The position numbers and the translations under genes were made by a program. From Hydrolagus affinis (Eukaryota): 64,000 nt of DNA. The stretch covers positions 1 through 64,000 of the forward strand of contig JAAILG010000744.1 of NCBI GenBank assembly GCA_012026655.1, in the 5' to 3' direction. Shown piece after piece: positions 38,505 through 51,384 of the stretch (within the stretch, counting starts at the first letter, position 1; each line of letters opens with the position of its first letter). The notes below the pieces were generated by a model. That model had not been told where the DNA came from. It did no database searches and saw only the letters and a program-made list of their open reading frames with translations.

Positions 38505-38760
38505 CTTAAGTAGGAACCCACTTGTTGATCGATTGGCGGATTGCTTTCCTGGGTTAATAATCCCTCCAAAAAACAAAAAATATTTGGTCACTAAGTCCGT
38601 GACTGTTTGTGGGACACTACTGTGTGCAACTGGCAGTCTTTTTTCACCCCCAAAATATACATACATTCAATTTGCTTTCCAGTATATTCTGTAAAATGCT
38701 TTGAGACTTCTCGAATACATGATAAAGTGCTATATCAAATGCAAGAATTATTATATTTAT
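38505..38760 (+). mobile_element. Long-form SINE lacking its head
   Basis: AAGTAGGAACC...GATTGGCGGAT block, then the tail. Confidence 0.8.
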
Positions 38761-39734
38761 TATCGCTGCTACATATGTGATAGTTATGTGAAACTAGATA
38801 TTGCAGACTAACAAGCTCTTGTCGAAAAGCACTAATGATGTGCAGGAAAAAAATCTCAAGAAAAATATCTTAAATACATCACACTGATTCATCGGATGTA
38901 GACTCCAACCTTTGCAAGACCTCATTTGTGCTGCCCCTGTCCTGAGGAATGCCTTTTCAACACATTTTTCTATTTTCATTCCTTAATCATATAAATGGGC
39001 TTCTGTGATCAACAATGAACAAGGGTCACACCCAAAACATGACCTCATGTTCCTCTTTGAGATGCTGTTTGATTTGCTCTGTGGTTTCCAACATTTTGTT
39101 TCTTCTTCACGCTGTGATTATTTTTCCCCCCTTGTAAAAATCACTGATCTCAATGCATAGTGTTCTAATGGATCTCACTTACAGAAAGATTTTCTGGTCT
39201 TCTCACTGCCATGAGGCAGAATATGAATTTTAAATTGCCCAAGAGCAACTGATTACATATTATATTTGACAAGCCGTAATGTCATTCAGGAGAGGAATTA
39301 TTTTTGGAATAATTGCACTGGCCAATAAAGATGAAACCACTCGAATTCTGGCTAGAGGATCATTGGTAGTTGACAGAAATAGCCCTATGAAGTAATGTCA
39401 GGGTGTTGCTGCACTATTCTTGCCTGCCTCACTGAGAGCCTGTATGTGGAACCCCAGTTATTTCTGAAAGATCAAACACTCTGAATAAGTAGGAGGGTTT
39501 GAGGCTTCGCCAATGGAACCCAACAATTGCCCACAGTGAATGTGCAAACGAAAGTGGCACCAACAAGGAATAGCAAATGAAAAGGAGCGAACTAGTACTC
39601 CAAGAAATATGTTAAAATGGCCCCTTCTGTTAGCAATAGAGTTGAACTCGTTTACCATGGTAGTTGGGGAGAGACATTTGGAGATATCTGAAGGATATAT
39701 GAATTCTGAGTTGTAACTCGGTTGTGATTTACCG

Positions 39735-40070
39735 CACTTCCTCTTTCCCCTCCCACGGCTCCCAACTCCAGCTCGGGAGTCAAGCCAGATTGTTAAGTAC
39801 CTTGGGATGACTCCCGATATGAATGGCATTAAATAAATGTAAATTTAATAATCCTTACATAATAAGCAAAGTTGTGGTCAGCAATATCTTGCAAATTGCC
39901 ATGAAGCAAATGATCAATTTTATTTGGGTAGATTGTTGGCCAAGTCACCAGCGGAAACTCACTTCTCTTTTCGAATAGTATTTTAGGATTTTTCAAAGTC
40001 CTAGATGCGGGGATTGAACCCATACCTTTCTGAATCTTAGGTGAGTGTCGCCAACTCAGCTGGGATAACA
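39735..40070. mobile_element. L2 tail (+, about 39735-39850) abutting DeuSINE fragments (-)
   Basis: CCTTGGGATGACTCCCGATATGAATGGC; minus-strand SINE tail, Deu-like and head pieces. Confidence 0.55.
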
Positions 40071-40895
40071 CCAGCAGCACATAGCAGGCACAATATTTTT
40101 TAAACATTTAAACCGTGCAATAAGAACAGAAACAATCTTTACGTGGGTTTGTCTTCTTGTGGACTGAAATGGAGCACCTCCTGCTTCTAGTTTGTTATAC
40201 CGCCATAAGGTCACGCACCATTAGGGGAAATTATTCCTATTAACCTCATCTTCTTTTGAGATTATCACTGGCATTAAATACAGATTCAAAGGAAGATGAA
40301 AAGAAATGCCTTAGGAAAGAGTGTAATGTCTCTTCTTTATCAGGCAAGAAACAATTAGCCCATCAGGGGACATAATAACTCCAACAGCCAAAAAACATTA
40401 CTTTTTCATCTGGAAATTATTTAATTAAACTATTTGGGGACAACACAAACCAGGAAGTGGTACAACGTCTTTCTGATTACAGCTATTCAATATGCAGAAG
40501 AACCATTAATTGTTTTTTTTAAACCTATTTTCACCAATAAATACTCACTTTTTTGATGAAAGTCAATTGGTAAAAAACTAGTTTCACCCATATTTCCTTT
40601 AAAAACACAAATAACAGTTTGCATTCAGTGTCTGCATTGGTGTGCGTGCATCCGTTTGTTGGAATGCCTGCACTGAAAGTGAATCAAGTTGTATGCATAT
40701 GTGAAGTTGCATGCGAGTTGTTAAGTATCATTAGAAACCACATACATAACTGGACCCTTTACCAGAACTTAGCAATAAGGATATCCTAATAATAGTTTAA
40801 ACGGGATTGGAAAACAATTGTGGACATTATATAGTTCCTGATGAATTTTGTTTTAATTAGTACAGCCAACTTTATTTTGTGAAATGTGCAATTAG

Positions 40896-41075
40896 TGGAG
40901 TCCTGTAGCTTAGTGGTTAGGACACTTGACTCACAAGTGAGAACCAACTCAAAACATATCTACATTTTGCCCCACAAAATTTACAGTTCACTTTACAGTG
41001 TATTCTGTGAAGCGCTTTGAGACATCTGGAAGATGTGATGAGGTGCTATATCAAATGCAAGGATTATTATTATTT
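40896..41075 (+). mobile_element. Internally deleted tRNA SINE
   Basis: Head joined to tail with the B box and middle absent. Confidence 0.8.
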
Positions 41076-41539
41076 ATATTGTTTGCTTACACAAAATGGG
41101 ACTAAGCCTAGTTAGTGGCAGCCTGGCTCAGTTGGTAGCAGATGGGTTAGATGGTGCGGATTTATGGGGAGCACTTGGCAGCCAATCATGGGGATGCTAG
41201 GTAAACTTCCTGGTTTCCCATGTAGTCAATCAGCCGCCGAACGGGTCCCTTCCGTGACACCATTGAGGCACCATTGATGCCTTTGTTAATCCACCACTGG
41301 GCTTTCAAACAAACTCATTGTTGCAAATGATATCTGCAAAAAAGCACCATGAGATTCGGTGTGCCCTTTTCAGGAAACCCAACTTCACGCACATCACGGT
41401 GACCCTGAGACCTAAATTTGGCGCAGAGGTTTCATTCTTGGATCAGCCTGACACATATGAGATTCTCTGAAGAAGATCCACTTTATATCCTGAGGCAACA
41501 ACTACAGCAGTGTTTTCCTAACAAGCTCTTTATAAAGAC

Positions 41540-41710
41540 ACCAATGGTCCATTTGATCTCATCCTACTAGAATACCCATCCTACTGTTTTCTCATTACAG
41601 CATCAAGCTGTTTCTTAAATGAGCACAAAAATGTCCTGCCCTCCACTACCTCTCCTGATAACCCATTCCAGCTGTTAACCGTCATTTGCATAAAAAAACT
41701 TCTTGGTATC
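41540..41710 (-). mobile_element. Old CR1-type 3' fragment
   Basis: Minus strand reads KFRTDTKKFF-like; homologous to 10205-10490. Confidence 0.6.
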
Positions 41711-42527
41711 TGTCCTAAACTTGTCCTTCACAATGCCCATGGGCGTGTGGCAACAGTGGGCTACGGACGGAAGCTTATGAAGTTTACGCCCTTTTCTCAA
41801 TTTCAAATGCCTGAAGCTGTTAGTTATTAAGTGTTTCTGCACAGTCTGTATTTTACAAACATTTGGCCACAGAACATCTGTTAAAGCACTTAGACTTGCT
41901 CTCTCGCATGCAGAATAATACAAAGAATCTGAGCTTCCAACCAAGTGTCTGACCTAATTCTAGAAAAGCAGTAAATACCTGAGCACTTTAAGGACTCAAC
42001 CAGCTATTCATGTTTTGAAGCACAGCCATTGGTATCAATACATAAGTCAAAGCAATACTGTATGAAATGAATGGAATCAAAACAAAATTCAAACCACAAT
42101 TCTGCTTAAAGAAAATCCCTAAAGTTCCATATACTGTACTGTCAGAAAGAAACTTGGCTGGATTTTCTACTGGGTAGAGGTTAGGGAATTACTGCTGATG
42201 GTAAATCCATTTTCATACCATATTCTGCACATTCCACTCTTGGTGTTAAGGGCCAGATTCAAATATTGAAATGATCACCTGATAATACTATGTGATTTTT
42301 GATGCATGATCCATGGATGCTGACAGTGGAAAAGTATGTGTGGAAAATCTAGGTCAGGAATTAGTTGTGTGCCGATTTCAAAAGACCATCTGAACATTTT
42401 AGTAACCTTTCTCAATGCTGCTAAAATACTGCAGCTAAATTGAAGATGTATTTATATAACTTACTCTACCAGTTCTATGCTTAGACCAATTTCTGGTGGT
42501 AATTTCATCCACCTATCCCCGATTCAA

Positions 42528-42970
42528 GGTGTCAGCCTGGCTCAATTGGTCAGGATAATACAACAACAAAATTACATTTGTAGAGCGCCCTTCACTTCGG
42601 GAGGACATCCCAATAGTTAATTAGCTGACACTCCAATGGGATTAATTAGCTCACACAGTGATGGAGACTTATTGCATTGACAGAGGTATCATCTTTCAGG
42701 TGAAATGTTAAACCAGCGCCCTATTTACCTGTCCAGGTAGACATTAAAGATTCCATGGCACGATTAGAAAAAATAAAAGAATTTTGCCCAGTCCTGATTA
42801 ACAATGCCCCCAGGAAAGAATTGGCTATTCGCATAATGGGTGTTTGTGAGACTTTAATGTGTGCACAAGTGGCTGCCTACAAATAGAGTCATTAAACTTT
42901 ACAATAAATCTTATGAAGTACTTTGAGACATTTGAATGATGTGATAAGGTACCGTATTTATTACTTTACT
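42528..42970 (+). mobile_element. DeuSINE with an L2 tail (-, about 42560-42613) inserted in its head
   Basis: GGTGTCAGCCTGGCTCA head; Deu-like core GTGAAATGTTAAACC...GACATTAAAGATTCCATGGCAC. Confidence 0.75.
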
Positions 42971-44989
42971 TTGTCCTGACTGGGTGCTAGCCCATTGCCA
43001 TCCGGAAAGCACTATTCCCATCAGGCAATACACATCCTGGAATCAGATGAATGTACTTGACAAATAGCACTTATACTCTGATTGAATGAGTTACCTCCAA
43101 CAGTGAGTTGGAACAGCAATGGTGCCATCTCTCAATCACTCTTGCCCAGATCAAGGTCTAAATAAAAGTGAGCTCTACCAAGTGCATGCCCAAAGCATTG
43201 TAAATATTAAATGCCAGTTAAAATTTCAAGGTACAAATGCCTCCCTAATAACATTTAAAAAGCCCAGCAGAGTTCCAACATGTAATTCCCAAGTAGGCTA
43301 GTTGGTCTGATTGGATTATTTCTGTTCCTTATCAGTCAAGGTAATTGCTTTAAATTGTAAATATTTGTTTTGCATCAACTGTAGCCAAACAGGATTCATA
43401 CTTAGCTGTTACACTGATTCAATTGTGTAACCAATGCCAGATAAACTGATGTACCTATATAACAAAAAACAACTTCACATAGGAGAACTCAAAGTGTATT
43501 TACAGAGTTGCAGTGGGAACCAAAAGTGTGAGAGATAGGAACAAGCAAATTGGCTGAAAGAACAGCCAGTGTTTTTTGAATGGGTTTTGAAAGCAGTGAG
43601 GAAACACACTCCAAAATTCATTGTGGCAACCACATTCAATCAATGGTAACTGCAATTAAATCTTATTCCTGCAATGACATGAAAAATCTGTCTGCAATAC
43701 AAGATGTGAAAATGTTTCTTTTGTAACAGTGGCTTCAGCAACAGGAAAGATAAACAGAAATTCCAAGACTTAAGCGGAGCTCAGTTTGGTTTGGATACCT
43801 GAAGCACGTTGATGGATTTCAGCATACAATATTCAGACACCCCCTGCATCCACCACCCCACCAAAAAAAAAGCATCATTATGTTTTACATCTGATGTAGT
43901 ACAAGGCTGGATATGGTTCACAGTGGCTAAATTCAGTCAAATTGAAGGATTCCCAGGGTTCAAGCAGAAAAAAATATTGTTTTTTTTGCAGAGTACCATG
44001 TATAATACAGTATTTACACAATAGAAAACTGAAGAGATCAACATTTGGATACATAAAACAGTCGTGGTGGAAATTCCAAATGATTTTCTGTTTTGAACGT
44101 TGCATCACAAATTCCTGTGTTCCATTAGTGGGATTTGACTGAAACCAAAAACTGGTTCATTTGGCTATTTACTGATCACCTTAAATGTACGACTGTTATC
44201 CGCAAGTCAGTGACTGTTGTCTGTCAGTTCATATTTAATATTGTGTTAGATAGTTAGGAAGGAGTTCATTTGCAAATCTAGCCACAACTTTTGAAAAAGA
44301 AACAATATAGTTTGGAAAAATTATCTGATCACTTGAACACTAACAAGTTAACTTCCCTGAAAAAAGATGGAATAACATTCATGGGAATATCACAAATCAG
44401 GAAGCACAGTCCACCCATTCCATTCTTATCCAACTGATTTCCTGATAACTGCTACATCCTTTTCAATATATTATCAGGTGTTAAAAATGGACATCACTGC
44501 AGTGAGTACATTTTATTGCTTGAAAAACTATTTATGTGTCCTTCTGTAATCTACAGGGTGTTTGAACAGATGTGGAATCACTGTTAAGGAGCTCTACTTG
44601 AAATAAACAAAAAAACTCTCTTCTGCTTAATACATTGATTTACCTACCAAGGTTCTTTAAAGAACCTTGAATGAAGAATTGCGCTTGTTTCCTTGAACAA
44701 ATAAATGTTCCAAGTGTTCAGTGCAGAGCAGCACCAATTCACAATTTATCCACCAGCTTAATTTTTTCCCAGCCTCTCCCTCCATTCATACAACTGAGAA
44801 GTGATGCAGTGTCTCAAACATAGTCCTCAGTGAGTGCTTTGTTATCAGTGGTCTGGCACAAGCAAGTTAATGCAAGCTGCTCCCACTCTACAATTCTCAA
44901 AATGCACCTCACCTTCTCTCTCCGCAAAGTTATTTTCTTACTTAAATTTGTTGTGCATAAAGGGAAGAACACTTTGAGACACAAAAAGT

Positions 44990-45292
44990 GCTGATAGAGC
45001 TCTGTATTATCAGGAATCCTTTGATGAGATATTAAACCAAGGTCCCATCTGCCTGTTCAAGTGGACATTAAAGATACCATTGAAGAAACAGTTTATCCTG
45101 GTGTTCTAGCTAACCAATCACCTAGATTAAAATTGTTCATGATTGTTTGTGGAACATTCTTGTGCAGTAATTGGCTGATGTGTTCATCTCCAAACTACCC
45201 AGTCACTACATCTTATAATAATACTTATGAAGAACCCTGAGACGGCCTCCTGACATCAAAGGCACTGTTATCAAATACAAGGATTATTATTC
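44990..45292 (+). mobile_element. DeuSINE core and tail
   Basis: GATGAGATATTAAACCAAGGTCCCATCTGCCTGTTCAAGTGGAC. Confidence 0.75.
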
Positions 45293-46164
45293 AACTTCTC
45301 TTACGATTTTGCGAGATAGAGTGGTTGGGTGCAGCCTACCCTTTCCAGGATTGCTAGGTCAAATGGCGTATAAATATGCTTATTTATGCTCTTATCTATT
45401 TCAATATCCTAATCTCTGGTTAGCTAACTTCAACCCCCTTGCATTTCTGTTATTACTGCTATATTGAAAATCTGAGATGAAAAACTTGTAGAAGCAATCA
45501 CTTGTCATCAATGTTGCAAGATATTGCTACTAAATGTAAGTGTAATTATCAAGGGAAGTTACTGAACTCATTGATAAACAACCAAAAAAAAGAAAAAAAG
45601 GATTAAATACTGCAATAAAGGCAGTCTAATTTGAAATTTTAGATTTCACACTAAATGTAATTAAAACGTATCTAAATAAATTTGTCAGGAAAATTAAATG
45701 AAAGTTGCTTGTAGTTACACGCAGGAAAGGAAATGAGAAAAGGCTATTCATCCCATTGAGCCTGCTTCTAAATGCCACATATAGTGTGTGCTGTGATGGA
45801 TTCCCTTGAGAGAGCTGCATAACTACAAGTAAAACGTTGGAGGACAAACCAGGCTTCTTTCTAACACTGGAGGTAACTGAGTCAAGTGCCAGAATTTCAA
45901 CCTGCCATCATTCAATGCTAACCAGCTGTATTCATACACAACAACCTCATGGTCAGAGCAGAACATTATGTTCTATATAGTAGTTAACTATCTAGGACTG
46001 TGCTATCGTCCCGTTTTCTCCCCCATCATGAAAGGGTACAATTCCATAACTGCCAGCATTCTACCAGTGAATCATCCAAATGCTGATTCCTCTTCTGTGA
46101 CCACCGACAAGCTATTTAACCTTGAGGGTACCCTACCTGATCCTGTCTTTACCCAAGACCCCCG

Positions 46165-46528
46165 AGTTAGAAGGTTGTGGATTCACACCCCATATAGGGA
46201 CATGAAACCCATATGGTCTACGGAGACCCTCCATTGCAGTGGTGGGGATGTTGCTTTTGGATGAAACTTTAAATCAAGGTCCCATCTGCCTGTTCAGGTG
46301 GACTTTAAATATCCTAATGCACTGTTCAAAAAGAGAATGAAGTTTCCCTTGGTGTCCTGACCAACAGTCCCCTCAAACAACTGGTCACTCATTTCATGGC
46401 TGTTTGTGGGAATTCTCTGTCTGCCACATTCGCCAACAAAATGTATAGTCGCACTACTTTAAAAATATGTTGTGAAGTGTTTTGAGATATCTTGATAAGG
46501 TGCTCTATCAAAATCAAGGATTATTATA
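46165..46528 (+). mobile_element. DeuSINE
   Basis: AGAAGGTTGTGGATTCA, Deu-like core, tail AAGGATTATT. Confidence 0.78.
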
Positions 46529-47422
46529 AAACCCCCCACAAAAAGCTCCTGTGTGATCAGCTAATTTAGGAATACTTGGTTGGCAAGCTGGAACTTTTTT
46601 TGTTGCTGTATTATTTGTATTTAGGACTGTTTCTGTGGCCAAAGATTGTGGCTTACACTCTATGAAAGCAATTCTTTATTTTTGATATATCTAAAAAAAA
46701 AGTCAGCAGCCACTGGAAGTTGGGAAGGAAAATGAGAAGAGATGAAGTGGAGTCGGGAGGATGGAGGGCGAAACACGCTATTAATCACAAAGCCAGCAAA
46801 AGTCTATTTGCTTTCAGCTCCTGAATGCAGGAAAAGGAACTCGCCCCAGGCAAGCTAGTGAGTGGAATTTGTTAGTCACTCCATCCTACGCTTTTTGATG
46901 TACGGCATATTCATACTAAAGGAGGATATGTGAACGACTCAAAAGCTTTCCCTATTGTACCCTCAAGATTCTATTCAAATACAGGATTCCAGATACATCC
47001 AACCCAAGAATTTGACTTGTTTGACTATCTCTTGCACACTCGTCTTCTTGTCTCAATTCCTTTCGTGACAAGTTTGATTATCATTTTATTAAAATCGCAT
47101 GATACTTTTCCTTTAAATAATAAATACATTTCAGGGGAGGGAAACTAAATTTCTTGAATGAAAGCACTTTTACAGTGAGGGCAAAGGGTTAAACCATTTG
47201 GTTATACTGTAGGCTTATTCATGCCTGATTTGGCTGGCCTGAATGCTTTTTTTGAAATGTTGAAAGAGTGGCTACCTGCAATGATTTTCAAGGGAACTGT
47301 GGCGGCATTTTATCCTGGAAAAACACAGAGGATTATTTTTTGGAACCACGGCAGAAACGTGAAAGACGACAAGCCTTTGTGGTTTCATCTCTTGGCCTAA
47401 GTCTGTTTTCGTTGTTACATAT

Positions 47423-48121
47423 GGAAAATATTACACACAATTTGGTGCTGTAGCTGAGCAGCGCTGCTCCAGCCCGGTATTCCACAGCGATACCATTTCA
47501 AGCTGCTGCATTGTTTCATGGCTCCTGCTGAACGTTTGAACTTAAATCCTGGTGGCTGCAATAATACGGAAATGTTAGCGCTGATTATCCTGGATGAAGT
47601 CATCACCATGGCCTTACTGTGATGTACTCCGATTCCCCCTCACTTCCCACCCCCCCTCCCCTCCTGTTTTGCTGTGCTCTGAAAACTTTTTATTCGATAG
47701 ATTAACCAGTCAGACAGTTGTGAACTTCAGTGGTTTTGAGTTACAAAAAAATAGTGTCTTCAACCAGTTCTGTTAAAAGGGGAATCGTCTTTTATGGATT
47801 AATAATGTTCATCCGAGACAACCTTATGGTTCTTAGATGTATTGGACATGTGTGTGCTTAAAGACATGAACAAAAATTCAATTCCACCATAATAAAAACA
47901 GGTATAATTTCATGTGGTTAGGCTTGTACTATCATTTTACTGCAGTAAAGTGAATTAATTGTAAATATTTCTTAATACGATTCCTTAATAAGAAATCTGA
48001 GTCTCTCAAATGGGGAAGTCACCAGACATACGTAATGTTGCCGCAATATACTTCTGAGAGGAAAATATTACACACAATTTGGTGCTGTAGCTGAGCAGCG
48101 CTGCTCCAGCCCGGTATTCCA
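47423..48121 (+). repeat. Exact 62-bp dispersed direct repeat (47423-47484 and 48060-48121)
   Basis: GGAAAATATTACACACAATTTGGTGCTGTAGCTGAGCAGCGCTGCTCCAGCCCGGTATTCCA occurs twice with unrelated flanks. Confidence 0.97.
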
Positions 48122-48174
48122 TGAGCCAAAGGGAATTTTAACGTACTCCTTAATAATGAATCCCATTAAAAATA

Positions 48175-48597
48175 GTAATAATTATTGCATTTGGGACGTC
48201 CTCCTGACGTAAAAGGCACTACACATGTGTAATTATGTTGTTGTGGTGCCTTTCCATCTCAGGGACTTCTCAAAATGCTTCATGTGATGTAAATTTAGTT
48301 AAAGTTACTTTAAAGTTAGTTAAATTTAGTTAAATTTAATTTAGTTAAAATTACTTTAAAGTTAGTGACTGGGTGTTTTGTAAGTGAATGCGGCAGCCAA
48401 TTTGTACACAACAATGTCTCACAAACAGCTGTGAGGTAAATGACCAAATATATCTGGGGGATTGTTAGTTGGACACTGGGAGAAACTCCCCTCTCTTTTT
48501 GAATAGTGCAATAAGATCTTCAACATCCAATTGAATAGGCAAGCAGGATCTCGATATAATATCTCATCCGAAGCACGGTACCTCTGACCATACGACC
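48175..48597 (-). mobile_element. DeuSINE 3' half with an inserted L2 tail and an AT-rich tandem expansion
   Basis: Deu-like ATCTCATCCGAAG, GGACACTGGGAGAAACTCCC; L2 tail (+) at about 48192-48243. Confidence 0.75.
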
Positions 48598-48697
48598 NNN
48601 NNNNNNNNNNNNNNNNNNNNNNNNNNNNNNNNNNNNNNNNNNNNNNNNNNNNNNNNNNNNNNNNNNNNNNNNNNNNNNNNNNNNNNNNNNNNNNNNN
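48598..48697. other. Assembly gap (100 N)
   Basis: N run. Confidence 1.
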
Positions 48698-48890
48698 TTG
48701 CATTTGATATAGCGCTTTCCACATCTTATCAACGTCCCAAAGCGCTTCACAGAATAGACTGTAAAGTGAATTGACTGTATATATTTGTGGGCGAATCGCG
48801 GCAGCCAATTGCGCACAGCAGTGTCCCACACACAGTCGTGGATTGAAATGACCAATTTTATTATTGTGTTTTTTTTGGAGGGATTATTGT
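48698..48890 (-). mobile_element. Young short-form SINE 3' part
   Basis: Near identical to the SINE at 58016-58280. Confidence 0.92.
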
Positions 48891-49165
48891 TTCCTCAACT
48901 CTGTTCTAAAAGGCTGACCCTTAATTTTAAGACTGTGACCCCCTGGTTATAGATTCTCCTACCAGGGGAAACAGTCCCTCAGTGCCAACTTTATCTAGCC
49001 CTTTAAGAATCTTATATGTTTCAATAAGATCCTCCCTAATTCTTCTGTACTCCAGAGAATACAGCCCGAGTTTATTCAACCTATCCTCATAGGTCAGTCC
49101 CCTCATCCCAGGAACTAACCTAGTGAATCTACGCTGCACTGCCTCTAAGGCAAGTATGTCCTTTT
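48891..49165 (-). mobile_element. CR1-clade LINE ORF2 C-terminal fragment
   Basis: QRRFTRLVPGMRGLTYEDRLNKLGLYSLEYRRIREDLIETYKILKGLDKV...TRG is a typical CR1 C-terminus. Confidence 0.92.
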
Positions 49166-50471
49166 TTAACTAAATGTAAGGATTGTTATGTATTCTTGAT
49201 AATAAAATAATTCTTGTATTTGATAAGGTACCTTGTCACTATGACAAATACCTCAAAGCATTTCATTCAGTTTTCTGTAAGATGTAGTGGCTGTGTATTT
49301 ATTAATCTCTGTTACTATGCTATCAATACAGTGATGTTGCCATCATTCACATTTTGAAATGACTTTCCTGTTCAATCTTCCTTACCTTTTCCTATGAGTT
49401 AAAGTGCAGCCTCTGCCCATTGAATTCCCATCGCGTAGCTCAGGAACTGGACAGATTGGGGAATGAACTTATGACTTATCCTTCCAAACCACACAGCATT
49501 AGTGATACAAAGCGCTGCTCAAATACTCTGTACTTCTAAATCATTTGCTTATAAAGTGATAATTCTCTAAGGGATTTTCCTGGCATATGTATTTGAAGGA
49601 GTCTTTCAAATCCCAGAAACAAGGGGCTGTTCATACTGTAAACTGGGCCTTAGCTCAGCATATATAAAACATATTGTATACTAATATCAAAATACATCAC
49701 AGTTGGAAAGAACCAATAGATCATACTGCTGGAAAGAAAAGTGGAAAAAATGAACATGAGCATCATTTAATACTGTACAACGTGACAACGTACATGTCCA
49801 CAAGCAAAGTATGTTCATACTTTTTGAGTATGCAGCAAAAAACCCTGGTTATGTTGACTAACTGCACAAAGCACACTATTATTTTTGTGGGCAGTGGCAT
49901 CAATATTGTTTATTTACAGTCATGTAATGTTTTGTATTATGAAGGCTGTGATTATAAATTATTTTACAAAGGCTGCTGTTTTCTGGTAAAACATTATACC
50001 ATGAACTGCACAAAAACCTCCTGTAAAAACCCAGAAAATAGTAAAATGTAGATTAAAGTTTCCTTCGAATTGCTATTTTAGCAAATGGTGTGGTTTGAAA
50101 GTTAAACAAAAGTAAAATAACCTGTCAAATATTACATGTTACCATAAAAACCCTAATGGATAAGATGACTTTAAATAAGTTAATTTTCTTGACTTGTTCT
50201 ACTAAATAAAATTCCTAAAGATCCAATGGAATGATTACAGTAGGACTCAAGTTTCCCTCCATCTTTTAATGGGGACCAGCAGTGCATGACTTGCATTTGT
50301 TTTCATGGTGCTCCATTATGTGGTGGCAATTCTTAACAGTCGTACATAATGGCGTGAATCCAGTCACGACTCCTTCCAGGAACCAGACGCATGGATGCCA
50401 CAATGACCTTTAGGAACTTAGCCCCACCCAACTCACTTCTGGTTCCTGGAGGCTGGGACTTAGGAGCCATT

Positions 50472-50735
50472 ATAAGAACATAAGAATAAGGATCAGGAGT
50501 AATAATAATAACAATCCTTTCATTTGATATAGCGCTTTTCACATCTTATCGACGTCTCAAAGAGCTTCACAGAATATATTAGGATGCTCTAACCACTGAG
50601 CTACAGGAGCTCCACAATTCGGGCCCTCGAGCCTGCCTTGCCATTCGATAAAATCATGGCTGATCTAATCTCACTCCACCTGCCCGCCTTATTCCCATAT
50701 CCCTTAATCCCTTTATCCATAAGGAATCTATCAAA
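50472..50735 (-). mobile_element. CR1 3' end with a nested mini-SINE (about 50500-50615)
   Basis: CR1 tail GGATCAGGAGT|SINE|AATTCGGGCCCTCGAGCC; the SINE is a tail fused directly to the A-box head. Confidence 0.82.
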
Positions 50736-51384
50736 TTAATTATTAATGCCTGTTAAGAATTGACATAATTTTCACCCCATTATCTGACTACATTAATTGT
50801 GTATCAGTTCTCAGGTTTTGGCCTGAATTACATCCTTAATGACCTGCCTGTCTGCATCAATGGAAGGACGAATTTAAGGCACAAAATAGGTTTCAGGTTT
50901 AGGGATAAACAGACCACAGTACATGAATAGCTCATAGCATCTTGCATTACCTTCACCTGTTTGGAATATCAGAGATTTCCTGTAACTGGCATCCCGGCAA
51001 GTTCAGCAAAGCAAACAGCCAATTAGCATACAATTCAAATACATCAGGTATGTTCTAATGCCAGTGGGATAGCGTTTCCAAAACTTTCAAAGTTGCTTAT
51101 TATGGGCAATTATTAACTTGATCCATCTGACCATTGCCCTGCAGTTAAAAAGTGCCAGTTCACTTTTCAACAGAACGCAGAAGGAAAGGAGGCAGGAGGC
51201 AGATGAAGAATATAGTCCATAAAGATCTGGAAAGTGTTATTTTGAAGGAAGCTAATAAGTAAAATGTGTCTGACTGGTTGGATTATTTTAGCTAGAATTA
51301 TGCTCCAGATGGAGAGATGAGGTTGAATTCCTTTGCATATTTATTTCCATAAAATTATGTTCACACCAAATTTCTCAGAAAAGC

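Noticed and set aside
42156-42356. Possible Harbinger-type MITE (GGCTGGATTTTC ... GGAAAATCTAGG)
   Set aside because: Inverted ends are short and mismatched; cannot be supported by eye
47423-48121. CRISPR-like or other repeat-spacer array
   Set aside because: Only two copies, 637 bp apart, in vertebrate DNA with no cas-like ORFs
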